Shown piece after piece: positions 1 to 14,365 of a DNA stretch of 64,000 nucleotides. Each line of letters begins with the position of its first letter. Position 1 is the stretch's first letter. The position numbers and the translations under genes were made by a program. A model generated the notes under the pieces. It did not search any database, was not told where the DNA came from, and saw only the letters and a list, made by a program, of their open reading frames with translations. Origin of the DNA: Glaucostegus cemiculus (taxonomy: Eukaryota); the NCBI GenBank assembly GCA_976551045.1, contig CDPCPM010000010.1:20956001-21020000 (forward strand). Direction: 5' to 3'.

Positions 1-127
1 AACATCACATCCACAAGACTAGACTTGTTTCAGGGCAAGGTGAACCTTCTTTCATTTGATATATAGCAATGTAATCAGCCCACATAACTCACACAGATGA
101 TTCCAATTTAACTTTTCTTCTGTCATC

Positions 128-432
128 TTAAGATCTTTATTAGTCACATGTACATCGAAACACAGTGAAGTACATCTTTTGCATAGTGATTTTGGGGGTC
201 AGCCCGCAAGTGTCGCCATGCTTCCAGCGCCAACATAGCACGCTCGTAACTTTCTAACCTGTACGTTTTTGAAATGTGGGAGGAAACCAGAGCACCCGGA
301 GGAAATCCACACAGACACAGAGAGAACATACAAACTCCTTCCAGAGAGAACAACCTCCTTCCAGAGTGTGGCCGGATTTGAACCTGGGTCACTGGCTCTG
401 TAAAGCATTATGCTAACCACTATGCTATCGTG
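128..432 (-). mobile_element. tRNA-derived V-SINE with Rex1-like 3' tail
   Basis: Reverse complement shows the central V-domain (TGGATTTCCTCCGGGTGCTCTGGTTTCCTCCCACAT) and a tail ending GTACATGTGACTAATAAAG. Homologous to 14109-14365. Confidence 0.75.
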
Positions 433-1659
433 ACTTAGTGTGAACACTAAGATAATGTTGTACAGCTCTTCCTCCAAGCCCACCTTAAATGGACACTTCT
501 CGTTCAGCATCTTCAATTAAATCGTGCACGGAAAATAAATCAATCAATCAATAGCACAGTAGCAATGAAAACAATCCTTGTGCAAAGTATGCAGGCCATG
601 AAAAAACAAGAGGGTGAAAAGATGGATCATTTAGGGAGGAGGCATATAGTGGCCATATTCATGGTTATGCACCTCTCAGCATTCAATTACAATAAACTAC
701 ACCAACCAGCCCAACTCTCGTGGGTAACATTTACATTACATGATGAGCATGAGAAAAAGGAAAACTGAAATACAAAAACAGTTTTCTTTAAAAATTGGCC
801 AATTTGTCAAAATATGACATCAGGCAAACACAGTAATAGAGGAATAGGAGTAGACCATTTAACACCAGCACAATATTTTGATTATTTTCTGTTCTTATAC
901 AGTAGTTTTTAACAACTATGTGCAGAAACCCCAACTTCTGTTTCCAATATTTGTCTTTACACATCATTCCATAAGACTTTTGTTGCTAAAGGTTACATAG
1001 GCAGTTCTCAGATTTAAAACTAACAACCAAACTGGCAGTAATCACATGCAGGAAAAGAATTTCAAACATCCACCACCCTTCGCAAATAAAATTGTTCCCT
1101 AACTTCACCTTTGTGATCTTTTAAAGGCAGTGCCCTCATCATAAATTCCCCATCAGTGTGATTAGGATAGAAAAATGAATATCTTCCTCACCTCAATCAC
1201 TTTTAAACCTTCTAACTTGCAAGAAATAATAACCCACTGGCATGACTATTTTACCCCTTCCTGTATGACATATCAACTCAGTAGAAAATATAAAAGACAT
1301 GCTCTCCGCCATTTTGCAATACCACACTGAAACCACCCAGTAAGATTTTTACCTTGTATATACCTTCAGGTCCCAAGTTTTAGAGATGCTAGAGTGCATT
1401 TTTTTTTTAAGGCGGCAGAAGATAAATTTCAGGAATTTTCCAATTTTGTGCAACTCCGCAAAGCCTTAGGCTCTGTAAGTCTGCAAAAACCTCAACTTCT
1501 GATAGATGATGATACACAGTAGCATAGTGCTTAAATTACTGGACTTCTAATCTAGAAGCCTAGACCACCAATTTAGCAGCATGAGATCAGATCTGTGTCA
1601 CAACAATTAAAGAATTAAAAATTCTGAATTCAGTTAATTAAACAAACTGGACAACAAAA

Positions 1660-2432
1660 CCACAAGATACAGGAGCAGAATTAGGCTATTCAGCCTATCA
1701 AGTCTGCTCCGTCAAACCCATTCTCCCACCTTCTCCCAGTAACCTTTATCCCCCTCACCAATCAAGAACATATCAATCTCTGCCTTAAATACACCCAATG
1801 ACATAGCCTCCACAGCCCTCTGTGGCAATAAATTCCACAGATTAACCACCCTCTGGCTGAAAAAATTCCTAATCTCAGTTTTAAAGGGTCATCCCTTTAT
1901 TCTGAGGCTCCTAGACTCTCCTACTAATGGAAACATCTTCCCTACATCTACTCTATCCAGGCCTTCCAGTATCTGATCAGTTTCAATCAAATCCTCCCTC
2001 ATCCTTCCGAGCTCCATCAAGTACAGGCCCAGAAACATTAAATGCTCCTCATATGTTAAGCCTTTAATTCCTGGGTTCATTCTTATCAATCTCCTCAGGA
2101 TTCTCTACAGGGCCTGCACATCTTTCCTTTGATACAGCACCCCCAAAAAAAAACACTAATATTCCAAATAGTATGATCAACACCTTAGAAAGCATCAGCA
2201 CTACATCCTTGCTTTCATGTTTAGTCCTATTGAAATGAATGCTGACGTTGCATTTGCCTTCTTTACTACAGACTCAACCTGAAAGTTAACTTTAAGGGAA
2301 TCCTGAACTTGGACTCCCAAGTCCCCTTATGCCTCCAATTTCTAAATCCTCTCCCCATTTAGAAAATAGTCTACACCTTTATTCTTCCAACTGAACTGCA
2401 TAACCCCACACTTCCCTATGCTGTATTCCATC
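1660..2432 (-). mobile_element. CR1/HER1-type LINE 3' fragment
   Basis: Minus ORF 1889..2089 resembles the CR1 ORF2 C-terminus (RMREDLIET..GLDRVDVGKMFPLVGESR). Confidence 0.8.
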
Positions 2433-3039
2433 AGAATTTAAAAAGCAAACATTGGTTCAATAAACAAAACTACTGGATTTTCCTTAAACAACACATCACT
2501 GACAAGCCTAATATTAATTTTTAATCAACCATTCAGCCCACTCACCTCCTGAAGACCCAAAGGATGGCAATCAAAGCATGTGCAATAAGTAACCTTGCTC
2601 TTCCCTGCCCAAGGAGATTAGGAACTCTGTAGGATTCCAATGTGGAATATGAATTTAAACAAACCTTTACATGCCAGCCCCATAAAATTAAAATTAGTTA
2701 TAATTAGTTTATACATACAACTGTAGAAGATTTATGACAAAGGAAATGGGGTCAGAAAAAGAAAAGCTTAGATGGGAATCTTGGTCAGCATAGACCAGTT
2801 GGGCTGAAGGGCCCGTTTCCATGAAATCAGGTGGCTCATCATGTTCATGCCAGTTGAAAAAGAGCAACACAACCAAATACTTCTGGCAGCAGAGTCATGG
2901 CCCTTCATTTATCAGTGCTGCTTTAATCACAAGAACTAGCAATTTTGTTAGTGTTGGTTTTTTTTTTTTTACACACAACTATTTCTATATAAATTCAGCC
3001 CTTTAGCAAGTAAATCTAAGTGGAAAGGAGATCTTGCCT

Positions 3040-3800
3040 CTCAAAGTTAATTGTATTTTGTTTTGAGGAGCTAACTAAGAAATTTGACAATGGCTGAGCA
3101 GTCAACATGGACCTTGTCAAAAGCTTTGCCCCAAGTTCTGCATTGTTGGCTGGTCTAGAAGGTTAAGGCACAAGAGAGAAACATGTTGGAAAACTGGATA
3201 CTAAATTGGATTGGTGACAGGAGGCAGAGGGTAGTGGTGGATGAGTGGTTTTCCAACTACCAGTCTGTAACAAGTGGTGTACTGCAGGGATCAGTACTGG
3301 GACCTTTGTTCTTTTAAATGACTTGGATGAGCACGAGGGTAGCTGGTCTAATGAGTAAGTATGCAAAGGTTAAAAATTGGTAGAATTGTAGCTATAAAGG
3401 TTGGCTAAAGATACAACGAGACAGATCAGCTGCAAAGTAAGGCGAATTAATAGCAGAAGTAATAAGTAATTCAGACAAGTGCGAGGTAATGCAGTTTAGT
3501 AGGTCAAATTCTAGTACAACATATAGAATAAATGGCAGGGACTTGGGTGCATTGGTGTACAGAGAGACCTTGGGGTGCACATCCATAGCTCCCTAAAAGT
3601 GGCGACACAGGTGACAGGGTAGTGAAGGTGGCATTTGGTACGTTTGCCTTCATGGGCTAAGATGTTGAGTTTAAGAGTTGGGACGTCATGTTGTAGCTGT
3701 ACGAAACACGAGTTAGACTGCACTTGAACTATTTTGTACAGTTCTGATCACCACAGGGGAAAGATGTGGTAACAACAGGCAGTGTGCAGAAGAGGTGTTG
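3040..3800 (+). mobile_element. Degenerate CR1/HER1-type LINE RT fragment
   Basis: SGVLQGSVLG-like and LYETRVRLHLxYxVQF-like segments. Confidence 0.75.
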
Positions 3801-4754
3801 GTAAATAAAAATTGGTAAATCGGTTTATCATTGTCACATGTAGAGGTACAGTGAAGAACTTGTTTCGTATACAGTTTATACAGAGCAAAAACAATAACAG
3901 AATGCAGAATAGTGTAACAGCTACAGAAAAAGTGCAGTGGGAATAGAACATTTATGAAACCCGGGCCTGCCAGTACTTCCTCTCATTTTTTTTTTAAGTT
4001 TAACTTAGAAAAGCTAACTCAAGCTTTTCTAGCACAACAATCCATCTACAAACAGGTCTATCCGACCTGCCATTGCACCTGCTATTCTATGTAGTTTACT
4101 TCTGTCTGGCCCACCTTCGCTGCCCTATGGAGGCATGTTCCTCCAATGTCATTCTGCTGGTCAAATTAATATGACCAGAAAGAAGAATGAGTTTTCATTT
4201 CAAATGTACAATCAGGATGAGGCTTCAGTTCAGTGGCGATACTCAGCAAATGACATGACTTGGTTCAGGAACTCAACAAGGTCTGAATGCCCCAGTTTAT
4301 TTGTTTACCATACGTCTGCAATGATGAGAGGATGATTAATGCACTTCTTAAAAATAATAGATGAAGATTGTTGGCAAGGTGGGAGGACACAGGTGAGAGA
4401 CAGTAGAGGAGCAGCAAAAATAGCTGGTATTGTATAAAGTGAATGTCAATTATTGAAGTTGTGCGTTGCTTAAATACAACAAACAAATAGAATCTATTAT
4501 CCTTTAACTAACTAAACATTTCTCAGAAGCAGAACACCTTTGATAACTTGGGCATTTTCTTCAGCACAATGAGGCATTTCTGTTTAATATAAATTTGTTA
4601 AGTACTTCTTGCATTACTGCAGTGCCTTTACTGCACTGAATAGTATTGCGCAACATAATTACATATTTATTGTTTTTAAAGCTATGCACCAAGACAAGGC
4701 TCTCATCTTCTGCTGTATCAGTGAATCCTTGGAAGAGTGGATGAATTAAGTATG

Positions 4755-4920
4755 CAATAAAAATCAGAAAATACTGGAACACTCAGCAGATCAGGCAGCA
4801 TCTGTGGAATGAGAAACATTAACATTCCAGATCAAAGACCCTTTATCAACCCTAGGAAAGAGAGAATACAAGTTAGCTTCAGTGGCAGAAATGGTGGGGA
4901 GGATCAGTAGAACAAAGGGA
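4755..4920 (-). mobile_element. Degenerate Penelope-like pseudo-LTR fragment
   Basis: ACTCAGCAGATCAGGCAGCATCTGTGG...GACCCTTTATCA, same family as 34500-34640. Confidence 0.55.
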
Positions 4921-5964
4921 ATAACTCATTTGGTTTCACCCCATCAGGAATAATATAGCAGTTAGAGTAGCAGTTTCCAGATTGGTCCAAGATTGAAACA
5001 GGTTGCTGGAAATGTGAAGCACTTGAAAGTGAGATTTACAGTAATTTGTGCTCAATTTTGGACAGGATCGAAGCATACATATTAATCATTAGGTGTCTGG
5101 CTTCTTGTCTTCATTTTTTTCCTTTCCGTTAATGAAATCAGCCCACAGTATAGCAACAATAATAAGTGAATGGAAAGAGCAATTTCCTACAAGGTATTAG
5201 TCACATAATATGAAACTAAATTAATCACAGAAACAAGCACCACCCAATGTTTGATCCTTATGGCTTTCAAACAAAGTGAAAGCAAATGGTATGCATTTTA
5301 ATTGAAAGTGAAATGAGTGGTTTCTAAAAGTGTAAAATGAAATGTTTTAACTTCAAAAGGATTGACAATCTAAATGATTCAAGATTTAACTATAGTAAAT
5401 ACACTGAAATTCAGTATCTTAATTTCAAAACTTTAATTCATTTTGGATTGCCATCTAATACTATACTTGATTAAACCCAACATGCTGGCTTCTTGATTAT
5501 AAAGAACTCTTCAAAGAACCTCCCCCCCCCCCCACATCTTCAAGTGAATCACTGGCTATTTTGTTTTTTTTTAAATCAGTGTTGCCTCCACTACTGAAAA
5601 ATTAATCTACAGTCTTATTTCAGATTATAATCATAGGTAACGCTTCCAGGTGGTTTGAAAATCAAGACCCATTCTGCAGAAGATTCCAGTCAATGGTCAC
5701 CACCTCAGTGCACCTACAAAACCAGTGACTACACTTCTTGAGTAACTTACTGACTCTAAAGCAATCTTAAATACACAGAAACAAACATTATGTGTAGTAT
5801 TTTGGGATATGGAGCAGACAACTGTAAATTGAACCCATGTTGGTAGGTATTGTCCCCTGGCAAAAACTGTATTAATGGACTATCATATTAAGTGCACGCT
5901 CTGGTTACATGTTTTCCACAATACCCATTGTTCATCATTAAAAATCCATTTTAAGTGCATTTTA

Positions 5965-6310
5965 CTTTGGAGCACCAAGACAACTGCAAGACATACTGTA
6001 CATTAGGCTACTGCTTATCAATTACAGCTCAGTGTTCAACACCATCATTCCCTCAGTACTAATAATAAAGCTTCACAATCTGGGCCTCCATACCCACCTC
6101 TGCAACTGGATCTTCAACTTCCTTACAGGGAGATCACAGTCAATGTGGGTTGGTAATAACATCTCCTCCTCGCTATCAACAAAGGCGCACCTCAAGGACA
6201 TGCGCTTAGTCCACTGCTCTACTCTCTCTGCACTCATGACTGTGTGGCCAAGCATAGCTCAAACACCATCTATAAATTTGCTGATGACACCACGGTTGTT
6301 GGTAGAATCC
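5965..6310 (+). mobile_element. Rex1/Babar-type LINE RT fragment
   Basis: [27 protein letters not shown]...[10 protein letters not shown]. Confidence 0.85.
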
Positions 6311-9299
6311 TCCATGACTGCACGAGAATGTCCACAGATTAATCCATCCAATCATCACACACCCCCTAAAAACACAGGCAACCAATCATCATTAAGGAGT
6401 GGGAAAAAAATTGATAGTTGCCAGTTTTGCAGGGCTCTCACATATCCAAGCATAATCTTATGTCTCAAAACAGCTGAAGTTAACATAAAATTTATTTAAT
6501 TTTGGAATCATCGGTGCAATCCCATCTCAATCCTTATTGATCTGTTAAAAAAAAATCAGTGTTTTCAGCATATCAACAGTATCTTCCATTGATAATCACA
6601 AAGCAACAAGATCTCTCTTTCAAGTACATGTGAATAGTATACTTTCAATATCTATTCCAGTCTTACAATAAAATGAAATTAACGACTCCTGTTCATTCAT
6701 TCTGCAAGAAAATGTTAGGGACACATTTAGAACATGATACAACTTAAGATAAATAATCATTTTCTAAAACATCATTCCACAGAATGGAACTCCAAGATAG
6801 CAGTTATCCATGAAAGCTACCTAATAAATTACTAATACTGACCAACAGTAAAATACAATTGTATTTTTGGATGTGTAATCACACATTAATATATTAAATT
6901 TTCCAGGCTACTCATAAGAATGGATTTACAAAATGCCAAAACCTAAGTGCAATTAATATCTGGAGATATTTTTTGTTTCCTTAAGTGCTCCAAAAGATTT
7001 TCTCAAATTCCAGATAACAATTTTAAAAAGCTGCTGAATATGGAAGAAAGCATTGATCAATAGTGTAATGAAACTATTACTCCAAAGCATAACCGGGTAA
7101 ATGTGAATAATACCTTAGTCAAGTGGAATCAGATACCATTTCTGGTCTTAACTCCTTCCAAAAATCAACACTGAACCAGGTTTATAAACTCGGAAAATTG
7201 TTAGCAGCTAACAAAAAAAAAGAGCTTAAAAGGGTTTTACAAGTAGAGCAAGATCCACTAGGGTCCTCTTATTTTTGAGTTGATAAATGATCGATTTGGA
7301 AGTTCAAAAATCACACCAAAAATGTGCAATAAAAAACCTCCGATTAATAAAAATGCAAATTGTTAATTAATTTTAGGAACTTCTCAATGGACTCATTGGG
7401 AGCCAAGAGCTGGAACCATTATTTCTACCAGAAGATTTAGCTAAAGTTTAAACTTCCAGAAGTGGTTAAGCACTTGTTCACAATAAGTGATTTTTGCATC
7501 CATTCATGAAACTACATTGCACAACCTGAGATTAAGGAAATTATGTGAGAAAGAGGGCCAGTGGGGAGAAGAGAAGAGAAAGGAAGAAAAGTAGAGAGCC
7601 AGAATGAGAAAGAACCAGACCAAAGAGTTTCACTGTTTTTTTTTAATCCATAAACACCATGTGAGATCAACTGCATTACAATGATCTCAGTGACACAGTG
7701 CAAGCATAACAATCATAGGATCCCAATCCCACTTCAGTGACAACACAATGAGAACTATCCATCAGCAGCAGAGAGAGACAATTTGCACAATAATTCTATT
7801 GGAAATCAATTAGCCAGTTTAATAAAAAACACTAAGTCAATGCCTGAAACTAATTTCAAGAGAAGTCTCATTTCTCTTGGTTGCATGTCAAATATTTCTG
7901 CTTAACACAAGAAAAATCATCTTAACAGATGCCTGAAAAGACCAGAAATTTTTCCACATTCTACAATGGCTTAAGTACAGAACATCAATGCTAGACTGAC
8001 TGGCGATGTTTGAGATTACATATTCTGGCTACATATTACCTTCTAACAGACAACCTAATTAAGAATTTGTTATAAATGTTTGTTTATTGCTAAGATTGCC
8101 ACTTTCTGTCAGTCATTGACAGGATTCTATCTTGTCACAAACGTAACACAACAACTTAGAATTCTATTTACAGCTTTAACTGTCGAGAAACAAATTTCTA
8201 TATAAAAAATCCCTGATGAAAAGTTATCAATAAATGTCAACAACTACAAATCACCAAACCCAATTGAATAAGATACCTTCTCTCTAGTACAAAATATTTA
8301 GTTCTTTACCATAATGCCCATTCTCCCATAGTCAAGTCATAAAACATGGGTCTGTGCCAATAGCCTAGTTATCAAACTTAGTCACACTAATTTGCAATAG
8401 GAACCCAAGTATTTCTCATTGGATACTGTTCATATTTTTGACTGAAAAATAATAAGCCTGAGAGTCATAAGTGTTTGTCAGTAACGCTGTTCATATAATC
8501 CCAAAAGTGAAAAGGACTAGAGGGTTTTTGCCCAACATGTCCAAACCTTTTCTCAAATCCTATCCCACAAATGTAAAGCACATGCTGTTTCATCCTGTTC
8601 AACACATCCTCCTCACTAGATGTTGTTCAACTAGTGTACTTAATATTAAAACTATTTAAAATATATTCCAATAGCCTTACGTTAGTTCGATATTCTACAA
8701 TTTAAAAATACTTTGTTAACATTTCAAAAGCCAGTACTGGCAAAACACAAAAAAATATTAATTGTGTCTTTTTTGTGCAGGGAGAATACAAAGGCAATCC
8801 ATGTTTGCTTTTTTTTTAAAAAAACATACAACTCAGACTACATTTATTCCTCATGTACCTTTTTGAACAGTTATTCATAACACCTTTGTCACAGAATTTG
8901 CCTCACATTCTTAAAAGTTTATAATTGGACAAATAGGCAACACAAAATAAAACTGAGAAATCAGATACTTTTTAAATTTGCACTGTTATCTGAAACAGCA
9001 AATGCTGCAAACATCTGTGGAAAGAAAACAGTTAGCATTTCAAGTCAAAGACTCTTCATTGGAATTGGGAAAAAGCGAGAAGTTTTAACATGCAGAAAAG
9101 GTGGGTTCTGTGATGCTTGATGACACCAATGTAGGAACTGCATATATTGCTGCAGGTGGGGCTGAGGTTGCTTTGTGAAATGGATGGTTTGGTTGGTGCT
9201 TCACTTCTTTAGCTATTTATGCCAAGCTTCCAGGCATATGGAATCGAGGTTCTCATTGGCCTTCTGAATGTATTTCCTACACTCTGAGCAATCATAGGC

Positions 9300-9640
9300 C
9301 AGGAATTCACAGGAGTCCGTGAGAATATTGTATTCCTCCCCCCTCCCATACACACATATCCTAGGATCTTTGTAAGAACATTCTTGAATCTTCTACTCTG
9401 TCCATTTGGTAATCTGTTCCTGTGACATAGCTTGGAATAGAGTGTCTATTTCAGGAGGCTGATGTCAGGCACTTGATTGCATGGGTTGCCCAAAAGAACA
9501 CAATGTACGTAATTAGCACCTCAGTATTGGGGACATTGGCCAATAGTGAGCATTAACGTTGATTTGCCTATCATGCCAGTGGACATGGAGGAAATGCAGT
9601 GTTCTCTCTCCAGTGGTTTGTGGCATCTTGTGCTGATCAT
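9300..9640 (-). mobile_element. Degenerate RTE-clade LINE C-terminal fragment
   Basis: Minus translation PDISLLK*TLYSKLCHRNRLPNGQSRRFKNVL resembles RTE PDxRLPKQILYSELxxGxRxxGGQxKRFKD. Confidence 0.6.
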
Positions 9641-12600
9641 CAGGTCTCAGAAACAGAGGGTAGGAATCACTGCTGACCAATTGATCATGCCAAGTTTGTG
9701 GTCTTAAATCTTCAGACAACATTTTCATCTCCAAGGCGACTCCTGAAATATGTAAAGTCATCTACATTGTTTAGTGTCTCATCAGGAACTCTTATTGTCA
9801 GAGAGCAAAGAAAAATTGGCAGAGTACCTTCGTTTCGTGGATGTCAAGTACAAAGCCCATTGGCTCTTGTGCTTCAGTGAACAAATCAACAATAAACCAA
9901 GGCTTGGCTTCAAAATACACACATATGCTAACTCCAGTATGTACTGAGATTAGATCTGTTGTGGACCCATTGATTCAAATCATGGCCTGCATGGTATCAT
10001 GAAGAAAATGTAAGATGGTTCAAAGCTTCTACAAACCATCAAATTTCACTAGGGTGCTCCACAGTCTCTCCCAACAGAGAGTCATAAGGGTTTTTAGTGA
10101 GGTCAGCAAATGCCATCTACAGCTGTTGGTGTTTATCCCTGCATTATCTTGGAGTCATGCTCTACATGGACGGAATCCACACTGCAATTCAGGGAACAGC
10201 TCTGCCTACTGGTAGGAGGCAGTTGAGGTGGTGGTTCCTGGTAATGATAGACTACAAGGAGACTCTTCTGTAGCTACCACAGTAAGATTTGCCTCCTTTC
10301 TTGATGATAGCGACAGCTATGGCATACATGAAATACCTGGTATATCCCCCTCTTCCCAGATGTGGCCGATGAAGTTATGAATTCGTGACTGAAATTTCTC
10401 ATTCCCAAGCTTTGGAACTTGAGGTAAAAATTATTTAGCCTAGGACACTGCCCTGAGGAACTCTGGCAACAATGTTCTGGGGCTGGGAGATTGACCTCCA
10501 ACAACTACAACTATCTTCCAAAGTATACTCCAGTGCTATTAAATGTATACTGGATGGATGGAGGAGGAAATAAGTACAGCACTGGCAGCCTCACAAACTT
10601 TGTGAATCTTAAACACATGCCTCTTGGTATCACAACATTACAAAACAATAGACAGCAGCATCAGAAAACTAGAGGCCAGTTGCCCAGTTACCATGTACCT
10701 ATAAATTTCTAGAACCATGTCTGACAGGCAGCAAGCAATACAATCTTCAGTACGAAATTTGGAGAATGTTATTCCAGGGCTGCTCTTCATACCAAAGCTT
10801 ATCTTCGTATCGATCTTTGGCATGCAAATGAGCCCATCAATACATGCAGTAATCTATTAACCGTATAAGCAGAAATCCCTAGTTTCAGACTCAATTTCCA
10901 TTATGTGGCTGAAAGGCAAATATTCTGCTGGATGCCAAGCAAATAAACAAAATAAAAATCTTAGAACATGGTATTGAACACTAATTATCAATGAAAATCC
11001 TCACTTATCACCGTACAAAAGGAAGGTGATATCATTAAAGCAATTTAAGGTGATTGGACCCAGGAAAATGTCCCGATGAACTCTGGCAATAACATCCTGG
11101 TGTTAGGGTGACTGCATTCCAACAACCACAATCATCTCCTTTGTACACAAGGTACAACTTCAACAGTGCTCGTTGCTGTCTCTAAACTTCCCAATTCACT
11201 TTACAAATAATTACATATTTTTTGTAGTTACTGAGGCAATATAGGAAAGATGCCAACCAATTTGTGTACAGCAAGTTATTGTACAATGAGATAAATCAAT
11301 CTTTAAGGGATAAAAGTACATCAGAAATATTTAATTCATTTTCTGCAAAGTAATATTATGGATTCTCTTACAACCAATGCAGAGAGATAACAAGGTCTTA
11401 GCTTAACATCTCATTTAAAAGATGTCTGACAAAAAAAAGACAATGTATTTCTGGCACAAATTCAACTTGAAGATATCATTGCAGGACAACTAAGACTGGG
11501 AAGTAAATATGCAAGGAAACAACCTTCAAGAGAGCTATGAAATTAAAGTTGGATGAATACCCTTTATTGAAATCATTTCATCCTTAGTCAAAGAGAGGAT
11601 ATAACTGAAGCGAGAAGATGGCATGTTGACTTTATAGGTAAAATTAAACAAAGTCAGTTAAGAATGTTGTGGGAGTTGCTTACGACTCCCAGTAGCTGGT
11701 GTACACTGATAGGACAAGGAAACAAACGAGTATTATCACACCCAAAATGGCACAGAAATGGATTTTAAACTTATTTTTTTTAAAAACCAGCTCACATCAG
11801 AAACATACTGCATATATTGAGTACATACACAAATATGCATACATTCTAGAACCAGTGAGAGGGCAAGCCACATTAAAATTAAATCTGTCTCATTACTAAA
11901 TTAAGTTCAATGGTGCATGAAAATCCATTTTTTTAAAATCAGAAGATCAAAGTGATCATGGCATTTGAAATGGAGAAATGCAAAACACTAGAGTTCTTGA
12001 TCTAAGCAAAGCTGGTTTCAATTGACAAGACTGACTGTCCATAGAAAACCATGCAAATCCACTGAAACATTCATTCACTTCACCACCATTACACGCTGGC
12101 TGTACTGTGAACCATCTGCAAAATGAACTACAATTACTCATCTCAGCTACTCCAACTTCTCCTCAAACCTGCGACTTCCATCACCAAGGGCAGCAGGAAC
12201 ATGAGAACACCACCAGCAAGTACTCCTCCAATTCCATCCTGACTGGGAAATACATCCTTGTTCCTCACCAAAATTAAATATGAACAACAGCAATAGAGAA
12301 AATAATGGATCTAAGTAACTATAATTTCCAGGACCAGATGGTTTCATCCCAGGGTTTTAAGTGGTCATGAACATTGCAGAAGCTTGATCTAGTGTCTTCC
12401 AGAGGTGTCTCAAAAACAATTACTTCAGAGTGGGACATTACAGACATCAGTCAGCTTATCTAACAAAACCAAGAGGGAGAAAGTTGGAAATTACAGTTCA
12501 CTTTATCTTTAATTTGCTGTTGGGAATTTACTAGTACTTATAACGAATTCAGATCACAAACAGAAAATGGGACATGCTCCCCACCTATTTTCTTTTATTG

Positions 12601-14108
12601 AATATTCAACCTAAAAATAGAGCTTGCATGCAAATCTTGATGTGTCTATTTTGCTTAGCCAGCACCAGCTCAGATGCTGTGTGCTGTAATGACTGATATG
12701 GGAATTGTACAAGAATGCATCAACCCACTGAATCCACACTAACCATCAACCACCCATTTTACAGTAATCCTACATTAATTCCATTTTTTTGTTACACTTC
12801 TAGTAGAGTGGCTGTCTCACATCAGAGACCTGGGTTCAATTCTGTTGTTGTAGTCTACGTGAAGTTTGCATGTTCTCTTAATGACTGCACAGATTTCTCC
12901 AGATTCTCCGATTTAAAACAGATCTTAGTTGAAACGTCAAAATTGAAAAACGCCATCAAAATAAATTTTGAAAAATTCCAGCTGTAGGTATGTTCCCTGC
13001 TCAAAGGCTGGTTTCATTAATGCCTCACCACTCAGTACCTCCCCAAGCAATAAAAGAGCAAGAATGCAGCAAATACAAAGGAACTGAACCAAGTGCTGTT
13101 TATAAATGGTACTTTATTCACTATTCTGAATTTTCCAACTCACCCGAGTTTGAAGTATCATATTCAAATTTCCTTACAAGTTTCTTATTATCAAAATGCT
13201 AACAATTTTTAAGTAAAAATGCAATTTACAATTCTTGTAAAATCAGAATTTCAACACTAATGGTCAAGATGCAAGACACTAAACTTCTCAGCATTTAGAA
13301 TCATATCAGTGTAGCGCAGGTGGTCCTCATTCAAGTGAATCCCTGCCATCTCCAAATAGAACATGACGATCCAACTCTCAAGCTTGCACCTCCTGGGCTC
13401 TTAAGAATTTGCAGGGCTATCTAATTCCCCACTGAATACACTAATCATTCAGTTTGCACTATCCCACCAGGCAGCAAATTCCAGATCATGACCACTCTTA
13501 AAAGTAAAGAGATTTTTCCCACATTTCCCTTGTATCTTTCATCCATACATTTAAGTTTTGTCTTTGAATGATCCTTGTAATGAGAACAAGTGTCTATTTA
13601 CTTTAAATGAGTGTATAACCTTCCTTTTGTTTCAACTCTCACATTTACCCTCAACCTTTGCAGCTCAACCCCAGTTCTCCAATCTAAACTAAAAAGCTGA
13701 AATCCCTGGAACTATGGTACTTGCTACCAAATAACTGAATATACAATAAATTAGTTAATATAATACTTCTTTCATAATGGCAGCACAATTCAATTCTGTT
13801 GCATCCATTAAATTAAGCATACTGCAGATAATTCCTATATTTAGCTTGCCTCCATTATTGAGGTGGACTGACTATATTTTCTAGTCATCTGCTGGACAGC
13901 ATGTCCAATATTATTTTTTGCTGAGAAAAAAAACCATGCATTTGCATAATGACAGTTCAAGAACTTTTTATGAACCGAGATACTAATATGCTACAGAATA
14001 GGCTATTTTAAGGAAAGTGCCTTTTCATCATTACAAAATGTTCCTACCAAAAACATTTCATCTCATGTACCAAATAGGAGATAGGCATTGTAATTAAGTA
14101 GAAAAGAA

Positions 14109-14365
14109 GGCAGTGTGGTGGTTAGCGTAATGCTATGCAGCATCAATTCTGGCCACTGTCTGTAAGGAGCTTGTACGTTCTCCCTGTGTCTGTGTGGGTT
14201 TCCTTTGGGTGCTCCAGTTTCCTCTACATTCCAAAGATGTACAGGTTAGAAGTTGTGGGCATGCTACGTTGGCACCGGAAGTGTGATGACACTTGCAGGC
14301 TGCCCCCAGAACACTACATAAAAAGATGCATTTTACTGTGTGTTTCGATGTACATGTGACTAAAG
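14109..14365 (+). mobile_element. tRNA-derived V-SINE with Rex1-like 3' tail
   Basis: A-box-like GTGGTTAGCG, V-domain GTGGGTTTCCTTTGGGTGCTCCAGTTTCCTC and tail GTGTTTCGATGTACATGTGACTAAA. Confidence 0.75.

Noticed and set aside
9900-12500. Further very old LINE/SINE remnants in RAPGEF6 intron 1
   Set aside because: Repeat-like traces are present but too decayed to assign a family or boundaries by eye.
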